NCBI GenBank assembly: GCA_045538365.1 | Contig: JAZSRG010000105.1 | Coordinates: 1-43,039 of the forward strand | DNA length: 43,039 nt | Direction: 5' to 3' | Source of the DNA: Clostridia bacterium | GTDB lineage: Bacteria; Bacillota; Clostridia; Christensenellales; RUG350 | Part shown: piece by piece, positions 1 to 9,079 of the stretch | How positions within the stretch are numbered: the stretch's first letter is position 1 | How the letters are laid out: each line of letters opens with the position of its first letter | The notes under the pieces: generated by a model | Database searches by the model: none | What the model was told of the DNA's origin: nothing | What the model saw: only the letters and a program-made list of their open reading frames with translations | Translations under genes and position numbers: made by a program

Positions 1-915
1 TTTATGGCTCGCGACGGCGCCTTTGAAGGAATTGATGCAGTCGTTAGTTGGCACCCCGAGTCTATGTATATGGTGAGAACTCGTCCCGCTCTTGCAAATA
101 TTAAAGTGAATTATCATTTCAAAGGCGTTTCCGCTCACGCAGGGGCTGATCCGCACAAAGGTCGTAGCGCGCTTGACGCCGTTGAACTTATGAATATCGG
201 CGCAAACTTTTTAAGAGAGCACATGGAACAAAGTTGCAGAGTGCATTACGCTATACTTGACGCGGGTGGAACTGCGCCCAATATGGTACAATCTCACGCA
301 ACCGTTAGTTATATGATGAGAGCAAGCGACTGCGCAAGCGTGCAAGAGTTAAAAGAAAGAGTGGATAGAATAGCAAAAGGCGCTACCTTGATGACGGACA
401 CGACTGTTGAAAGCGAAGTGGTATCCGCTTACGCTAATCTTATAACTATCCCGACTTTGCAAATGACCGCAAACGAAGCAATGCAAAGTATTCCCGTACC
501 TATTCCGACAGACGAAGAGTTAGCGTACGGCAAAGCCTTGCAAAGCACTATGAAACTGACGGCGGAACAAAAAGCCTTACCGCCTTTTGCAACCTTCGTA
601 AAAGAGCCTGCTCCCCCCGTACCACACGGCGGATCAACGGACACGGCGGACGTTAGTTGGGTAGTACCGACCGTACAAATGCATATAGCGAACTGGGTAT
701 TAGGAACGCCCGGTCACAGTTGGCAAAGCGCGTCCCAAAGCCGTGGCAGTTTTGCTAAAAAAGCCACGTTGTACGCATCAAAAGCGGTGGCAAGCACGGT
801 AATAAGACTTTTTGAAGATACGGAAAAGATAGAAAAAGCCAAGAAAGAGCATTTTGAGAAAACTTCGGGCAAGTATATATCCCTTCTTCCAAAAGAATTA
901 AAATACAAAGCATAA
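1..915 (+). CDS. M20 family amidohydrolase (AbgB / aminobenzoyl-glutamate utilisation protein B-like), 5' end cut by window edge
   Basis: Open frame runs from base 1. The 303-aa product carries an M20D-type 'GVSAHAGADPHKGRSALDA' region and 'HGGSTDTADVSW'. Its length fits the C-terminal two-thirds of a ~480-aa enzyme. Confidence 0.8.
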   Translation, partial: FMARDGAFEGIDAVVSWHPESMYMVRTRPALANIKVNYHFKGVSAHAGADPHKGRSALDAVELMNIGANFLREHMEQSCRVHYAILDAGGTAPNMVQSHATVSYMMRASDCASVQELKERVDRIAKGATLMTDTTVESEVVSAYANLITIPTLQMTANEAMQSIPVPIPTDEELAYGKALQSTMKLTAEQKALPPFATFVKEPAPPVPHGGSTDTADVSWVVPTVQMHIANWVLGTPGHSWQSASQSRGSFAKKATLYASKAVASTVIRLFEDTEKIEKAKKEHFEKTSGKYISLLPKELKYKA

Positions 916-1018
916 CGAAAAGCACACTACGTTTCGCGTTCAGCGAAGTATAGTGTGCTATACTTTTGTTATGGACTAAAAATCCCTATGGGTGACGCCC
1001 TTATCTTGCGTTTTTTTA

Positions 1019-1047
1019 TTGATAAATAGAAAGAGATATGCTATAAT
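1019..1047 (+). promoter_or_regulatory. sigma-A type promoter upstream of cysK-like gene
   Basis: TTGATA (1019-1024), 17-nt spacer, TATAAT (1042-1047), about 55 nt before the ATG at 1102. Confidence 0.6.
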
Positions 1048-1101
1048 TGTAAAAGAAAATTCGCGCGGAGATTATTTTCCGCATATTATATAAAGGTAAT
1101 T

Positions 1102-2028
1102 ATGATTTGTGACACTATTTTAGATGCTATGGGCAATACTCCTATTATCCGTTTGAGAAATATGGTAACGGACGATATGGCGGAGATTCTTGTAAAATTT
1201 GAAGGGCTTAACGTAGGCGGTTCAATTAAGACGCGTACGGCTCTAAACATGATAGAAGACGCGGAGAAAAAGGGCTTGCTTAATAAAAACTCCATTATCG
1301 TTGAGCCGACGAGCGGAAACCAAGGTATAGGGTTAGCGTTAGTTGGAGCAGTAAAGGGATACAAAGTTAAGATTATTATGCCCGACTCCGTTAGTGAAGA
1401 AAGACGAAAACTCGTAAATCAATACGGCGCGGACGTTATTTTGGTGCACGACAGCGGTAATATCGGTCTTTGCATTGAAGAGTGCTTAAACTTGGCGCTT
1501 AAAATGAAAGCGGAAGACAAAAACGTTTTCGTTCCCCAACAATTTGAAAACCCTGCAAACCCTGAAATACAAAGAAAGGGCACGGCAAAAGAGATTTTGG
1601 ACCAAGTGCAAAAACCTATCCACGGCTTTTGTTCGGGAATCGGCACGGGTGGCACTATCACGGGTATCGGCGAAATTTTGAAACAAAATAACCCCGATAT
1701 GACAATTTGGGCGGTTGAGCCCGAGAACGCGGCAATTCTCTCCGGTGGCTCTATCGGTACGCACTTGCAAATGGGTATAGGGGACGGAATAATTCCCGAA
1801 ATCTTAAACCAAGATATCATTGACGAAGTGTGCATTATCCGTGACGACGAAGCGCTCCAAACGTCCAAAGACCTTGCAAAACGCGAAGGAATACTTTGTG
1901 GCATAAGTAGTGGCACGAACGTGGCTGCCGCAATAAAACTTGCTAAAAAACTCGGAAAAGGAAAGACGGTAGTTACCGTTCTCCCCGACACCGCGGAAAG
2001 ATATTTTTCAACGCCACTTTTTGAATAA
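1102..2028 (+). CDS. cysK: PLP-dependent cysteine synthase family protein (O-acetylserine sulfhydrylase-like)
   Basis: 'GGSIKTRTALNMI' (PLP-lysine region), 'TSGNQGIGLA' and 'GIGTGGTITG' glycine loop, 308 aa. The K-T-R and N-Q-G variants differ slightly from canonical SVKDR/SGNTG, so the subfamily is uncertain. Confidence 0.8.
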   Translation: MICDTILDAMGNTPIIRLRNMVTDDMAEILVKFEGLNVGGSIKTRTALNMIEDAEKKGLLNKNSIIVEPTSGNQGIGLALVGAVKGYKVKIIMPDSVSEERRKLVNQYGADVILVHDSGNIGLCIEECLNLALKMKAEDKNVFVPQQFENPANPEIQRKGTAKEILDQVQKPIHGFCSGIGTGGTITGIGEILKQNNPDMTIWAVEPENAAILSGGSIGTHLQMGIGDGIIPEILNQDIIDEVCIIRDDEALQTSKDLAKREGILCGISSGTNVAAAIKLAKKLGKGKTVVTVLPDTAERYFSTPLFE

Positions 2029-2037
2029 ATAAGCAAA

Positions 2038-2068
2038 TAAAAAAGCCTTATATAGGCTTTTTTTATTT
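2038..2068 (+). terminator. Rho-independent terminator after cysK-like gene
   Basis: aaaaGCCTtatatAGGCtttttttatttt hairpin followed by a T-run. Confidence 0.65.
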
Positions 2069-2178
2069 TTTATATTTTAGTCTATAATTGCAAGGTTTAT
2101 AAAAGGAATATTTTTTCTTTTTGCATATTCCAAACTTTTATAAGCACCGCATATAAATATACGTAGGAGAATTTGCAT

Positions 2179-2421
2179 ATGAACGTTTGTGAAGCAGTCC
2201 AAAAGAGAGTAAACGAATTGTTGAAAGAGCGCGGTATGACTCAATATCGACTTGAACAAAAATCAGGAATTTTGCACGGAAGTATGGCTTGTATTATGAA
2301 CGGGCGAAACAAGACTGTAACGTTGAGTACTGTATATATGTTGGCTCGTGGTTTTGATATGAATATTATTGAATTTTTAGGTAGTGAAATTTTTTTGTCA
2401 GACGAAATAGAATTTGAATAA
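2179..2421 (+). CDS. XRE-family helix-turn-helix transcriptional regulator
   Basis: 'ERGMTQYRLEQKSGILHGSMACIMNGRNKTVTLSTVYMLARGF' is a typical Cro/C1 HTH. AGGAG lies 9 nt before the ATG at 2179. The track start at 2173 is a TTG. Confidence 0.75.
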   Translation: MNVCEAVQKRVNELLKERGMTQYRLEQKSGILHGSMACIMNGRNKTVTLSTVYMLARGFDMNIIEFLGSEIFLSDEIEFE

Positions 2422-2484
2422 AAGTTATTGACAACGCAAAATAAATTTATTACTATAAAAAAATCAAAAGATAAGGAAAAAACT

Positions 2485-3342
2485 ATGAAAACGGGAATAA
2501 CTTTTGATTTATTTAGCCAAGATTATGCGTGTTTTGGGGAGAAAAGATACCAAAAAATCAAGTCCCACGGATACGAGTGTTTGGATTTTAACCTAATGGA
2601 CACGGAAACCGTGTTTTATGGCAAAGACTTTGAGAAAGAAATTAAAAGAGAAAAAGAGAAAATTGATAGCGCGGGGCTAACAGTATTTCAAACGCACGGA
2701 CCGTGGCGTTGGCCACCGCAAGACGGCGCTAAAGAAGAACGGGCAGAAAGACAAGAAAAGTTTAAAAAAGCCATTATATCTACTGCAATTTTGGGCGCAA
2801 AATATATGGTTGGTCACCCTATAATGCCGTACGGCATAGAAGACGTGGGACAAGATTTCGACGAGTGCTTTAAGTTAAACGTGGACTTTTGGGGCGAACT
2901 TGCTTTGTTTGGGAAACAACACGGCGTAACGGTTTGCGTAGAAAATATGCCTATGCCAAACTTTACTCTTGCGACACCGTATATTCTTTTGCGTTTAGTT
3001 GAGAAAATCGGTGGGGATAATATAGGAATTTGTTTGGACACGGGGCACGTTAACGTAATAAAAGACCTTAAAATCGGAGAAATCATAGAAAAATTAGGGG
3101 ATAAACTTAAAGTTTTGCACGTTCACGATAACGACGGACTGCGTGATACCCACCTTTATCCTTTTTCGGGCACGTTTGACTGGAAAAGTTTTACGAGAGC
3201 ATTACGCGAAACGAAGTTTTCGGGGGTTATGAATTTAGAAACGCATCTAAAAAATGATTTAGAAGTCAGCGAATACGAAGACGAGTGTTTGCGTTTAGCA
3301 AATATTGCAAAGACGCTCGCAAGTTTAAGTTTTGGAGAATAA
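2485..3342 (+). CDS. sugar phosphate isomerase/epimerase (xylose isomerase-like TIM barrel)
   Basis: 'ENMP', 'CLDTGHVN' and 'HVHDNDG...D.HL.P' metal-site motifs of the AP-endonuclease-2/xylose-isomerase-like TIM barrel fold. The ATG at 2485 (MKTGITFDLF) is preferred over the upstream TTG at 2428. Confidence 0.75.
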   Translation: MKTGITFDLFSQDYACFGEKRYQKIKSHGYECLDFNLMDTETVFYGKDFEKEIKREKEKIDSAGLTVFQTHGPWRWPPQDGAKEERAERQEKFKKAIISTAILGAKYMVGHPIMPYGIEDVGQDFDECFKLNVDFWGELALFGKQHGVTVCVENMPMPNFTLATPYILLRLVEKIGGDNIGICLDTGHVNVIKDLKIGEIIEKLGDKLKVLHVHDNDGLRDTHLYPFSGTFDWKSFTRALRETKFSGVMNLETHLKNDLEVSEYEDECLRLANIAKTLASLSFGE

Positions 3343-3343
3343 A

Positions 3344-4057
3344 ATGGTAGTTAAGGAAGATTTTTACATAGGTTTTAGGATGGTTGACGACAATTTTTCT
3401 TTAAAAAGCGGGGAAATGCTCAACTTTTTCGTGGATATGGCGGGAATACACTCTAAAGAAGTGGGGGACTTTTTTGGCGCGGAGTCAAGGTGGATACTCA
3501 CCGCCTACGACGTAAAAGTGTTTAAAAAACCGAGTTATCAAGACAAAGTTAGTTTTTACACTTGGTCAAGGGACTACAACCCCGTGCTTGCTACCCGTGA
3601 ATTTGAAATTCGAAACCAATCAGGCGAACTTTTGGTGTGCGCAACAAGCAATTTCGTTAAATACAATATCGTTTCGAGAAAATTCGACAAACTCACGGAC
3701 GAAGTTATGGCGTGCTACGAAACTGAAAGGGAAAAAACTAATTTTGGCTCAACCAAAGTAAAAAGATTTGTCGAGCCTGAAACCTATGACGGAGTGAGGG
3801 ACGAAACCGTTGACTGGAAATGGCTTGACCTTAACCACCATATGAATAACTCTCATTACGTAGATTTAGCCGAAAGGGTGATAAACACAGAGTGCGGAGA
3901 AAATGTTTCGCAAATGAGTTTTATCGTTAATTATAAAAAAGAAATTTACGAAAACGAAAAAATAAAAGTGTATTACAAAAAGACGGAAACGGGTTACGTC
4001 GTTTGGATAAAAAATCAAGATAATACGCTAAATGCCGGAATAGAGTTTTATAGATAA
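3344..4057 (+). CDS. acyl-ACP thioesterase family protein
   Basis: Double hot-dog layout, with 'DLNHHMNNSHYVD' matching the acyl-ACP thioesterase D.N.H(V/M)NN..Y motif. GGAG lies 6 nt before the ATG at 3344. Confidence 0.7.
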   Translation: MVVKEDFYIGFRMVDDNFSLKSGEMLNFFVDMAGIHSKEVGDFFGAESRWILTAYDVKVFKKPSYQDKVSFYTWSRDYNPVLATREFEIRNQSGELLVCATSNFVKYNIVSRKFDKLTDEVMACYETEREKTNFGSTKVKRFVEPETYDGVRDETVDWKWLDLNHHMNNSHYVDLAERVINTECGENVSQMSFIVNYKKEIYENEKIKVYYKKTETGYVVWIKNQDNTLNAGIEFYR

Positions 4058-4087
4058 CAAAAAGAGAGAAAAATTTCTCTCTTTTTT
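4058..4087. terminator. bidirectional hairpin terminator between convergent genes
   Basis: aaaaAGAGAGAAAaatTTTCTCTCTtttttt, with an A-run on one side and a T-run on the other. Confidence 0.65.
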
Positions 4088-4136
4088 GCGTGATATCGTA
4101 TTTATATTGTAGGGCGACCAGTGGTCGTCCGTTTTT

Positions 4137-5084
4137 TTACGCAAGATTTAGAAGGGTAAACACGAGCGGTATGGTAATAACGGACAAGGTGTGGGATATA
4201 AGAGCCATACCTGCGGCCGTTGACGTGTCTTTGCCGTAGGCGGCAGGGATAACGACCGTGTTAAGTCCTAACGGCATAGCCCAAGCGCATACGAGCAAAA
4301 CGTAGAAATAATTTGGAAGTACAAGCCCAAAAACGTCGGTCACTAAAAGATAAATTCCTGCAAAGAGCAAGGGGAGAACTATAAGCCTTAAAACGGATAC
4401 GAAATAGATGCTCCAGTCCAAAAATATCTTTTTAAAGTTAATTCCCGCAAAAGTTATACCCGTGAGTATCATAGCAAGTGGGGACATACAAGACTGACAA
4501 GCGCCCGCAACCGTCAACACGAACGCGGGTAGTTTTACGCCTAAAATACCCAAAACCGCGCCGATAAGTAGGGCTATAAACATAGGGTTTATAAGTTTTT
4601 TAAGAGATTTTGCAAAACTTGGTTTGCCCACGGTGTCCATTAAAAGGTTGGGCACGCCCCAAACGTAGATAAGCGTCCAAAATGGTAGAGTGAACACGAT
4701 ATATTGCATAGAGTATTCGGGGAAAAGGGCGTAAACTACGGGGATACCCATAAAACCGAAGTTGGAAAAGGATAGTCCGTAGGTGTAAATTTTGCGGATA
4801 TAGTCGGACTTTGAAGAAAGTTTAGACAAAAAAATAGCGATAGGTATAACCAAAAGTTGCGCGACTAAACCAAAGAGCAAAAGTTTCCACGAAGAAGAAA
4901 GGGAGTCCACCGTAAAGCCTTCTAAAAAAGTCATAAACACAAGGGCGGGGATAAAGACGGTGTTTTCAAGTTTGGACAAAACTTTTGCCCCGTCCGCGCC
5001 CACTACTTTGAGTTTTGCGATAATAAAACCTATTATAATATATAGGGCAAGCACGCCCATTTGAGATAAAGTCGTTTCAAACAT
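4137..5084 (-). CDS. AEC (auxin efflux carrier) family transporter
   Basis: 315-aa polytopic membrane protein. The N-terminus 'LSQMGVLALYIIIGFIIAKLKVV' and overall layout are typical of the AEC/membrane transport protein family. Confidence 0.75.
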   Translation of the reverse strand: MFETTLSQMGVLALYIIIGFIIAKLKVVGADGAKVLSKLENTVFIPALVFMTFLEGFTVDSLSSSWKLLLFGLVAQLLVIPIAIFLSKLSSKSDYIRKIYTYGLSFSNFGFMGIPVVYALFPEYSMQYIVFTLPFWTLIYVWGVPNLLMDTVGKPSFAKSLKKLINPMFIALLIGAVLGILGVKLPAFVLTVAGACQSCMSPLAMILTGITFAGINFKKIFLDWSIYFVSVLRLIVLPLLFAGIYLLVTDVFGLVLPNYFYVLLVCAWAMPLGLNTVVIPAAYGKDTSTAAGMALISHTLSVITIPLVFTLLNLA

Positions 5085-5145
5085 TTACGTTTTCTCCTTG
5101 TACTAACTATTTTAATTCTTTCTGCATTTTAAATCAAGTAAATTA

Positions 5146-5174
5146 TTGAAAAAACGTAATGTTTGTGATATTAT
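5146..5174 (+). promoter_or_regulatory. sigma-A type promoter for the eutH-like operon
   Basis: TTGAAA, 17-nt spacer, TATTAT, about 30 nt before the ATG at 5204. Confidence 0.5.
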
Positions 5175-5203
5175 AATATATTATATAAAAAACGGAAGAT
5201 ATT

Positions 5204-6268
5204 ATGGAAATAGTAACGTATATTATGATAGCGTTTGCAGTGCTCGGCGCGATAGATAGGCTTATTGGAAATAAGTTCGGCTTGGGCGAAGAGTTTGAAA
5301 AGGGCATTAAACTTATGGGTGTTATGACTTTGACCATGACGGGTATGCTCGTGCTTGCGCCCACTCTCGTTCACCTTTTGAGCGGAGCGAAATACGTTTT
5401 CCCGGGCGAACTTGATTTTTCTATAATTCCGTCCATATTTATAGCCAACGATATGGGAGCAAGCGTTCTTGCGGACGGACTTGCAAAGTCGCCTGAAGTT
5501 GGGCTATTTAGCGGACTTATAGTGTCGTCTATGCTTGGGGCAACCATATCTTTTTCTTTGCCTTACGCTATGGAAGTTGCGGACAAAAGACATCACAAAA
5601 ATATCCTTTTCGGTTTTCTTTGCGGAATAGTAACCGTGCCCGTTGGGTGTTTCGTGGGCGGACTTATGGTGGGAGTACCCGTCCTTACCTTGCTTTTAAA
5701 TATGATACCCCTTGTAGTGGTGGGTGGACTAATAGCCTTTTTCCTTGTAAAATTCCCAAACGGCACGACCAAAGTGTTTAAGTGGTTTGGCTACTTTATG
5801 AAAGTAGTTATAACTTTGGGCTTGGTCGTAGGTATCGTACAGTTTTTGACCAAAACGGAGATAATTCCGTACAGCAAAGACTTTATGGAAGCCATGGAAG
5901 TCGTAATTAACGCATCTTGCGTTATGGCAGGCGCGTTCCCCTTGCTCTTTATCATTAAAAAATTGATTAAAAAACCTATGGGCGCGCTCGGCAAAAAGAT
6001 AGGCATAAACGAAGTTTCGGCTTTTGGTTTTTTAGCGACTATGGGTTCTTTTGTGCACGCGTGCAAAGATTTTGACGAAATGGACGAAAAAGGTTTGGTT
6101 TTAGTGTCGGCTTTTTCCGTGTCGGGAGCGTTTACTCTCGTTGGACACTTGGCTTACACTTTGGCTATCAACTCGTCTTGCGTACCTGCTATGATAGTTT
6201 CTAAAATTATATCCGCTATAACTAGCGTAATACTTGCAATCATTTTATATAAAAGGAGAAAAATATGA
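5204..6268 (+). CDS. eutH: EutH-family (ethanolamine utilisation protein H-like) membrane transporter
   Basis: 354-aa polytopic protein. The N-terminus 'IMIAFAVLGAIDRLIGNKFGLGEEFEKGI..MG...LTMTGMLVLAP' matches the EutH family signature. Confidence 0.75.
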   Translation: MEIVTYIMIAFAVLGAIDRLIGNKFGLGEEFEKGIKLMGVMTLTMTGMLVLAPTLVHLLSGAKYVFPGELDFSIIPSIFIANDMGASVLADGLAKSPEVGLFSGLIVSSMLGATISFSLPYAMEVADKRHHKNILFGFLCGIVTVPVGCFVGGLMVGVPVLTLLLNMIPLVVVGGLIAFFLVKFPNGTTKVFKWFGYFMKVVITLGLVVGIVQFLTKTEIIPYSKDFMEAMEVVINASCVMAGAFPLLFIIKKLIKKPMGALGKKIGINEVSAFGFLATMGSFVHACKDFDEMDEKGLVLVSAFSVSGAFTLVGHLAYTLAINSSCVPAMIVSKIISAITSVILAIILYKRRKI

Positions 6269-6975
6269 AGATAATCGCGCATAGGGCAGGCCCTACTAAA
6301 TACCCCGAACAAACTATTCAATCCGCTAAATACGCTTTGGAGTGTGGCGCAGATTTAGTGGAAATGGACGTTAGATACACTTTGGACAAAGGTTTGGCGT
6401 GTATGCACGACCCAAGCGCGCTACGCGTTTTTGGCGTTGACAAACTTATATCCGATATGACGACGGACGAGTTCCGCGCTTTGCGACACAAAAACAACCC
6501 TGATTTTTGTTCTCATACCTTTGAAGATTACTTAAAGTGCGGTGTGTATCCTTTGTTAATACACGTTAAAGATTGGGCGGTGCTTGACGATTTGCTTGAT
6601 ATAATTGAAAAATACGACTATCTTGACAAAGTAACTTTCGGCGTGCAAAACGTAGAAGCCGTTAAAAAACTAAAAGATTATAATAAAACCGCCAAAGTTC
6701 TCGCTTTTATGCCCGGAGTTGAGAAAATAGAAGAGTTTGCGGAAGCGGGCGCGGATTATATCCGTTTGTGGGAAACTTGGATGACGGACGAAAACGTACA
6801 AAAAGTTAAAAACACGGGCAAAAAACTTTGGATAATGGTAGGCCGTGACGTAGTTGGCCACGACGAGTGGGTAGGCGTTACCACCAAAGACGGCATAAAG
6901 AAAATGATAGAATACAAAGTGGACGGTATTTTAATAAACGACATTACGTTTTTACAAGGGGTTTTAAGTGATTAA
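6265..6975 (+). CDS. glycerophosphodiester phosphodiesterase (GDPD) family protein, cytoplasmic
   Basis: 'IIAHRAG...PEQT', 'GADLVEMDVRYTLD' and 'MHD' GDPD catalytic motifs. ATGA overlap with the eutH-like stop. Confidence 0.75.
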   Translation: MKIIAHRAGPTKYPEQTIQSAKYALECGADLVEMDVRYTLDKGLACMHDPSALRVFGVDKLISDMTTDEFRALRHKNNPDFCSHTFEDYLKCGVYPLLIHVKDWAVLDDLLDIIEKYDYLDKVTFGVQNVEAVKKLKDYNKTAKVLAFMPGVEKIEEFAEAGADYIRLWETWMTDENVQKVKNTGKKLWIMVGRDVVGHDEWVGVTTKDGIKKMIEYKVDGILINDITFLQGVLSD

Positions 6976-7609
6976 AAATTACGTGTTTGATTTTGACGGG
7001 ACGGCAGCGGATTCTATGCCCATTTGGTCAAGCGCTATGATAAAAGTTTTAGACCAAGTAGGAGCAAAGTATCCTGAAAACATTATAGAGATATTAGTGC
7101 CTTTAGGGGACGGAAAGTCCGCCACCTATATGCGAGAAAAACTTGGGGTAACGCGCGCGGAAGAAGAAATTCGGGACTTGATAGCAAAATACACCACACC
7201 GCTTTATCACAAGGAAGTTCAACCGAAAGCAGGTTTTCTTGACTACGTTAAACTTTTAAAGTCGTCGGGCAAAAAAGTTGCTTTACTTACCGCAAGCACG
7301 CACGCAAGAATAGACGAGTGCATACGCCGTTGGGGTATATGGGACTTGTTTGATAGAGTCTTAACTTGCGAAGATTTTGGAAAACCAAAGTCCGATATAA
7401 CCATTTACGACGATTTGCTCAAAGTTTTAGGCGGAGAGAAAAGTGAAACCGCTTTCTTTGACGATAATTTGAGCGTTTTACAAACCGTTAAAAAAGCAGG
7501 ACTTACAGCCGTTGGCGTTTTTGACGACTCGGGTAAAAGATTTGTGGACGAGATAAAACGCACCGCGGACAAATACGTAGAAAATTTTGAAAATTTGGGA
7601 TTATTATGA
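6968..7609 (+). CDS. HAD-IA family hydrolase (phosphatase/beta-phosphoglucomutase-like)
   Basis: 'FDFDGT' motif I, 'LLTAS' motif II, 'KPK' and 'FFDDN' motifs. GTG start overlapping the upstream gene by 8 nt. Confidence 0.7.
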   Translation: MIKNYVFDFDGTAADSMPIWSSAMIKVLDQVGAKYPENIIEILVPLGDGKSATYMREKLGVTRAEEEIRDLIAKYTTPLYHKEVQPKAGFLDYVKLLKSSGKKVALLTASTHARIDECIRRWGIWDLFDRVLTCEDFGKPKSDITIYDDLLKVLGGEKSETAFFDDNLSVLQTVKKAGLTAVGVFDDSGKRFVDEIKRTADKYVENFENLGLL

Positions 7610-8283
7610 AAGATATTAAAGTAGTTTTAATTGATGCGGACGATACCTTACTTGATTTTTCTGAAACGGCAAAAAAATCTTTAAAGGAAGGGGAAGAAGC
7701 CTTTAACCTAACTTTGCCCGACAATACGCTCGAAGTCTTTTTTGAAACCAACACCGCTCTTTGGCAAGCCTTGGAACGCGGAGAACTCACCTTTGAAAAA
7801 CTTCACGAGATTAGGTGGGGTTTGATTTTTGAAAAACTTGGCGTAGATTTCGACGGACAAAAATTCGAGTCCGTTTTTTGGAAAAGACTTCGCGAAATTG
7901 CAGTAATGATGCGTGGCGCGGACGATTTGCTCGAATATTTGTCTAAAAAATACACTATTTGCGTCGCAAGTAACGCTCCTGTCGGTCAACAAGAGAGAAA
8001 ACTCACCGAAATTGGGCTTTTTCCGTTTATTAGCCAGTTTTTCGTGTCGGGGGATATAGGTTACGCAAAACCAAAAGCCGAGTTTTTCGACGAGTGCATG
8101 AGAAGATTAGGGGTGGAAAAGAATCAAGTTATAATGATAGGGGACTCTTTGACCGCAGACATTATCGGAGCAAAAGAATACGGAATTAAAACTTGTTGGT
8201 TTAACCACAGACGGGAAAAAGAAGAAAAAGGCGTTGCCGATTTTATCGTTTACGAATTGAGCGAGATAAAAAAATTTTTATAA
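7606..8283 (+). CDS. HAD hydrolase, YjjG-like (noncanonical pyrimidine 5'-nucleotidase family)
   Basis: 'LIDADDTLLDF', 'ASNAP', 'KPK' and 'IGDSLTADIIGA' motifs. ATGA overlap with the upstream HAD gene. Confidence 0.7.
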   Translation: MKDIKVVLIDADDTLLDFSETAKKSLKEGEEAFNLTLPDNTLEVFFETNTALWQALERGELTFEKLHEIRWGLIFEKLGVDFDGQKFESVFWKRLREIAVMMRGADDLLEYLSKKYTICVASNAPVGQQERKLTEIGLFPFISQFFVSGDIGYAKPKAEFFDECMRRLGVEKNQVIMIGDSLTADIIGAKEYGIKTCWFNHRREKEEKGVADFIVYELSEIKKFL

Positions 8284-8334
8284 CCGTCTTGAAAAATCAT
8301 AAAAATTGTGTTAAAATATAGTCGGAGGTGTGAT

Positions 8335-8934
8335 ATGGCAAATAAAATTATTACTATCGGACGTGAATTTGGAAGTGGCGGACGCGAACTTGGTCAAAAA
8401 CTCGCAGAAAGCCTTGGAATTGCCTACTACGACAAAGAAATTATTACGGAAATAGCAAAAAGAACGGAACTTTCCGAAAGATACGTTAAAAGTATAGTGG
8501 AAAGAAAACCCGTGTTTACCTATCCTATACACTCGGGTAGAAGTTTTATGTCAGTAAACACGTCTTACGTTATCCAAAGTAGCGCCGTTTATAACGAACA
8601 ATGCAATTTGCTTAAAGAATTTGCGGAAAAGTCCGACTGCGTTATAGTTGGTCGTTGCGCCGACCACGTTTTGAAGGAATATAATCCGTTTAGAATATTC
8701 GTGTACGCTGATATGGAAAGCAAAATAGAAAGATGCAAAGCGCGTGACGACGGCAAAGACAAGACGGACAAAGAAATCAAAAAGTTTATTAAGTCCATAG
8801 ACAAGCATCGCGCGCAGTATTATCATTTTTACACGAGCGAGAAGTGGGGGGATAAACTCAATTACGATATTTTCGTAAACACGACTAACGCAAATATTAG
8901 TGAAATTGCGCCCCACATAGCAAAAATGATCTGA
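8335..8934 (+). CDS. cytidylate kinase-like family protein (P-loop NTPase of unknown substrate)
   Basis: 'IITIGREFGSGGRELGQKLAE.LGI.YYDKEII' is the characteristic N-terminus of the cytidylate-kinase-like (Cytidylate_kin2) family. GGAGG RBS precedes the ATG at 8335. Confidence 0.7.
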   Translation: MANKIITIGREFGSGGRELGQKLAESLGIAYYDKEIITEIAKRTELSERYVKSIVERKPVFTYPIHSGRSFMSVNTSYVIQSSAVYNEQCNLLKEFAEKSDCVIVGRCADHVLKEYNPFRIFVYADMESKIERCKARDDGKDKTDKEIKKFIKSIDKHRAQYYHFYTSEKWGDKLNYDIFVNTTNANISEIAPHIAKMI

Positions 8935-8940
8935 TTTTCC

Positions 8941-8972
8941 AAATTCTCCAAGTATTCTTGGAGAATTTTTAT
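8941..8972 (+). terminator. Rho-independent terminator ending the eutH-like operon
   Basis: Perfect 12-bp stem AAATTCTCCAAG-tatt-CTTGGAGAATTT followed by T's. Confidence 0.8.
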
Positions 8973-9079
8973 ATTTTTAAGCAAAAAAGTAAAAATCGTC
9001 CTACTAATTTTCTAAAAAGTGCTTGCGAGAATTTGCGCTATATTATATCATAGTGTTATCACATAAGGAGATTATGATT

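Noticed and set aside
2428-2484. N-terminal extensions suggested by the ORF track (2428, 3332, 8308, 9023, 17081, 28187, 30281, 32578, 40825, 43025 starts)
   Set aside because: Where I checked the codon (2428, 3332, 28187, 30281) the extended start is a TTG. In every case an internal ATG with a well-spaced Shine-Dalgarno sequence gives an N-terminus matching the family norm. Internal starts were used instead.
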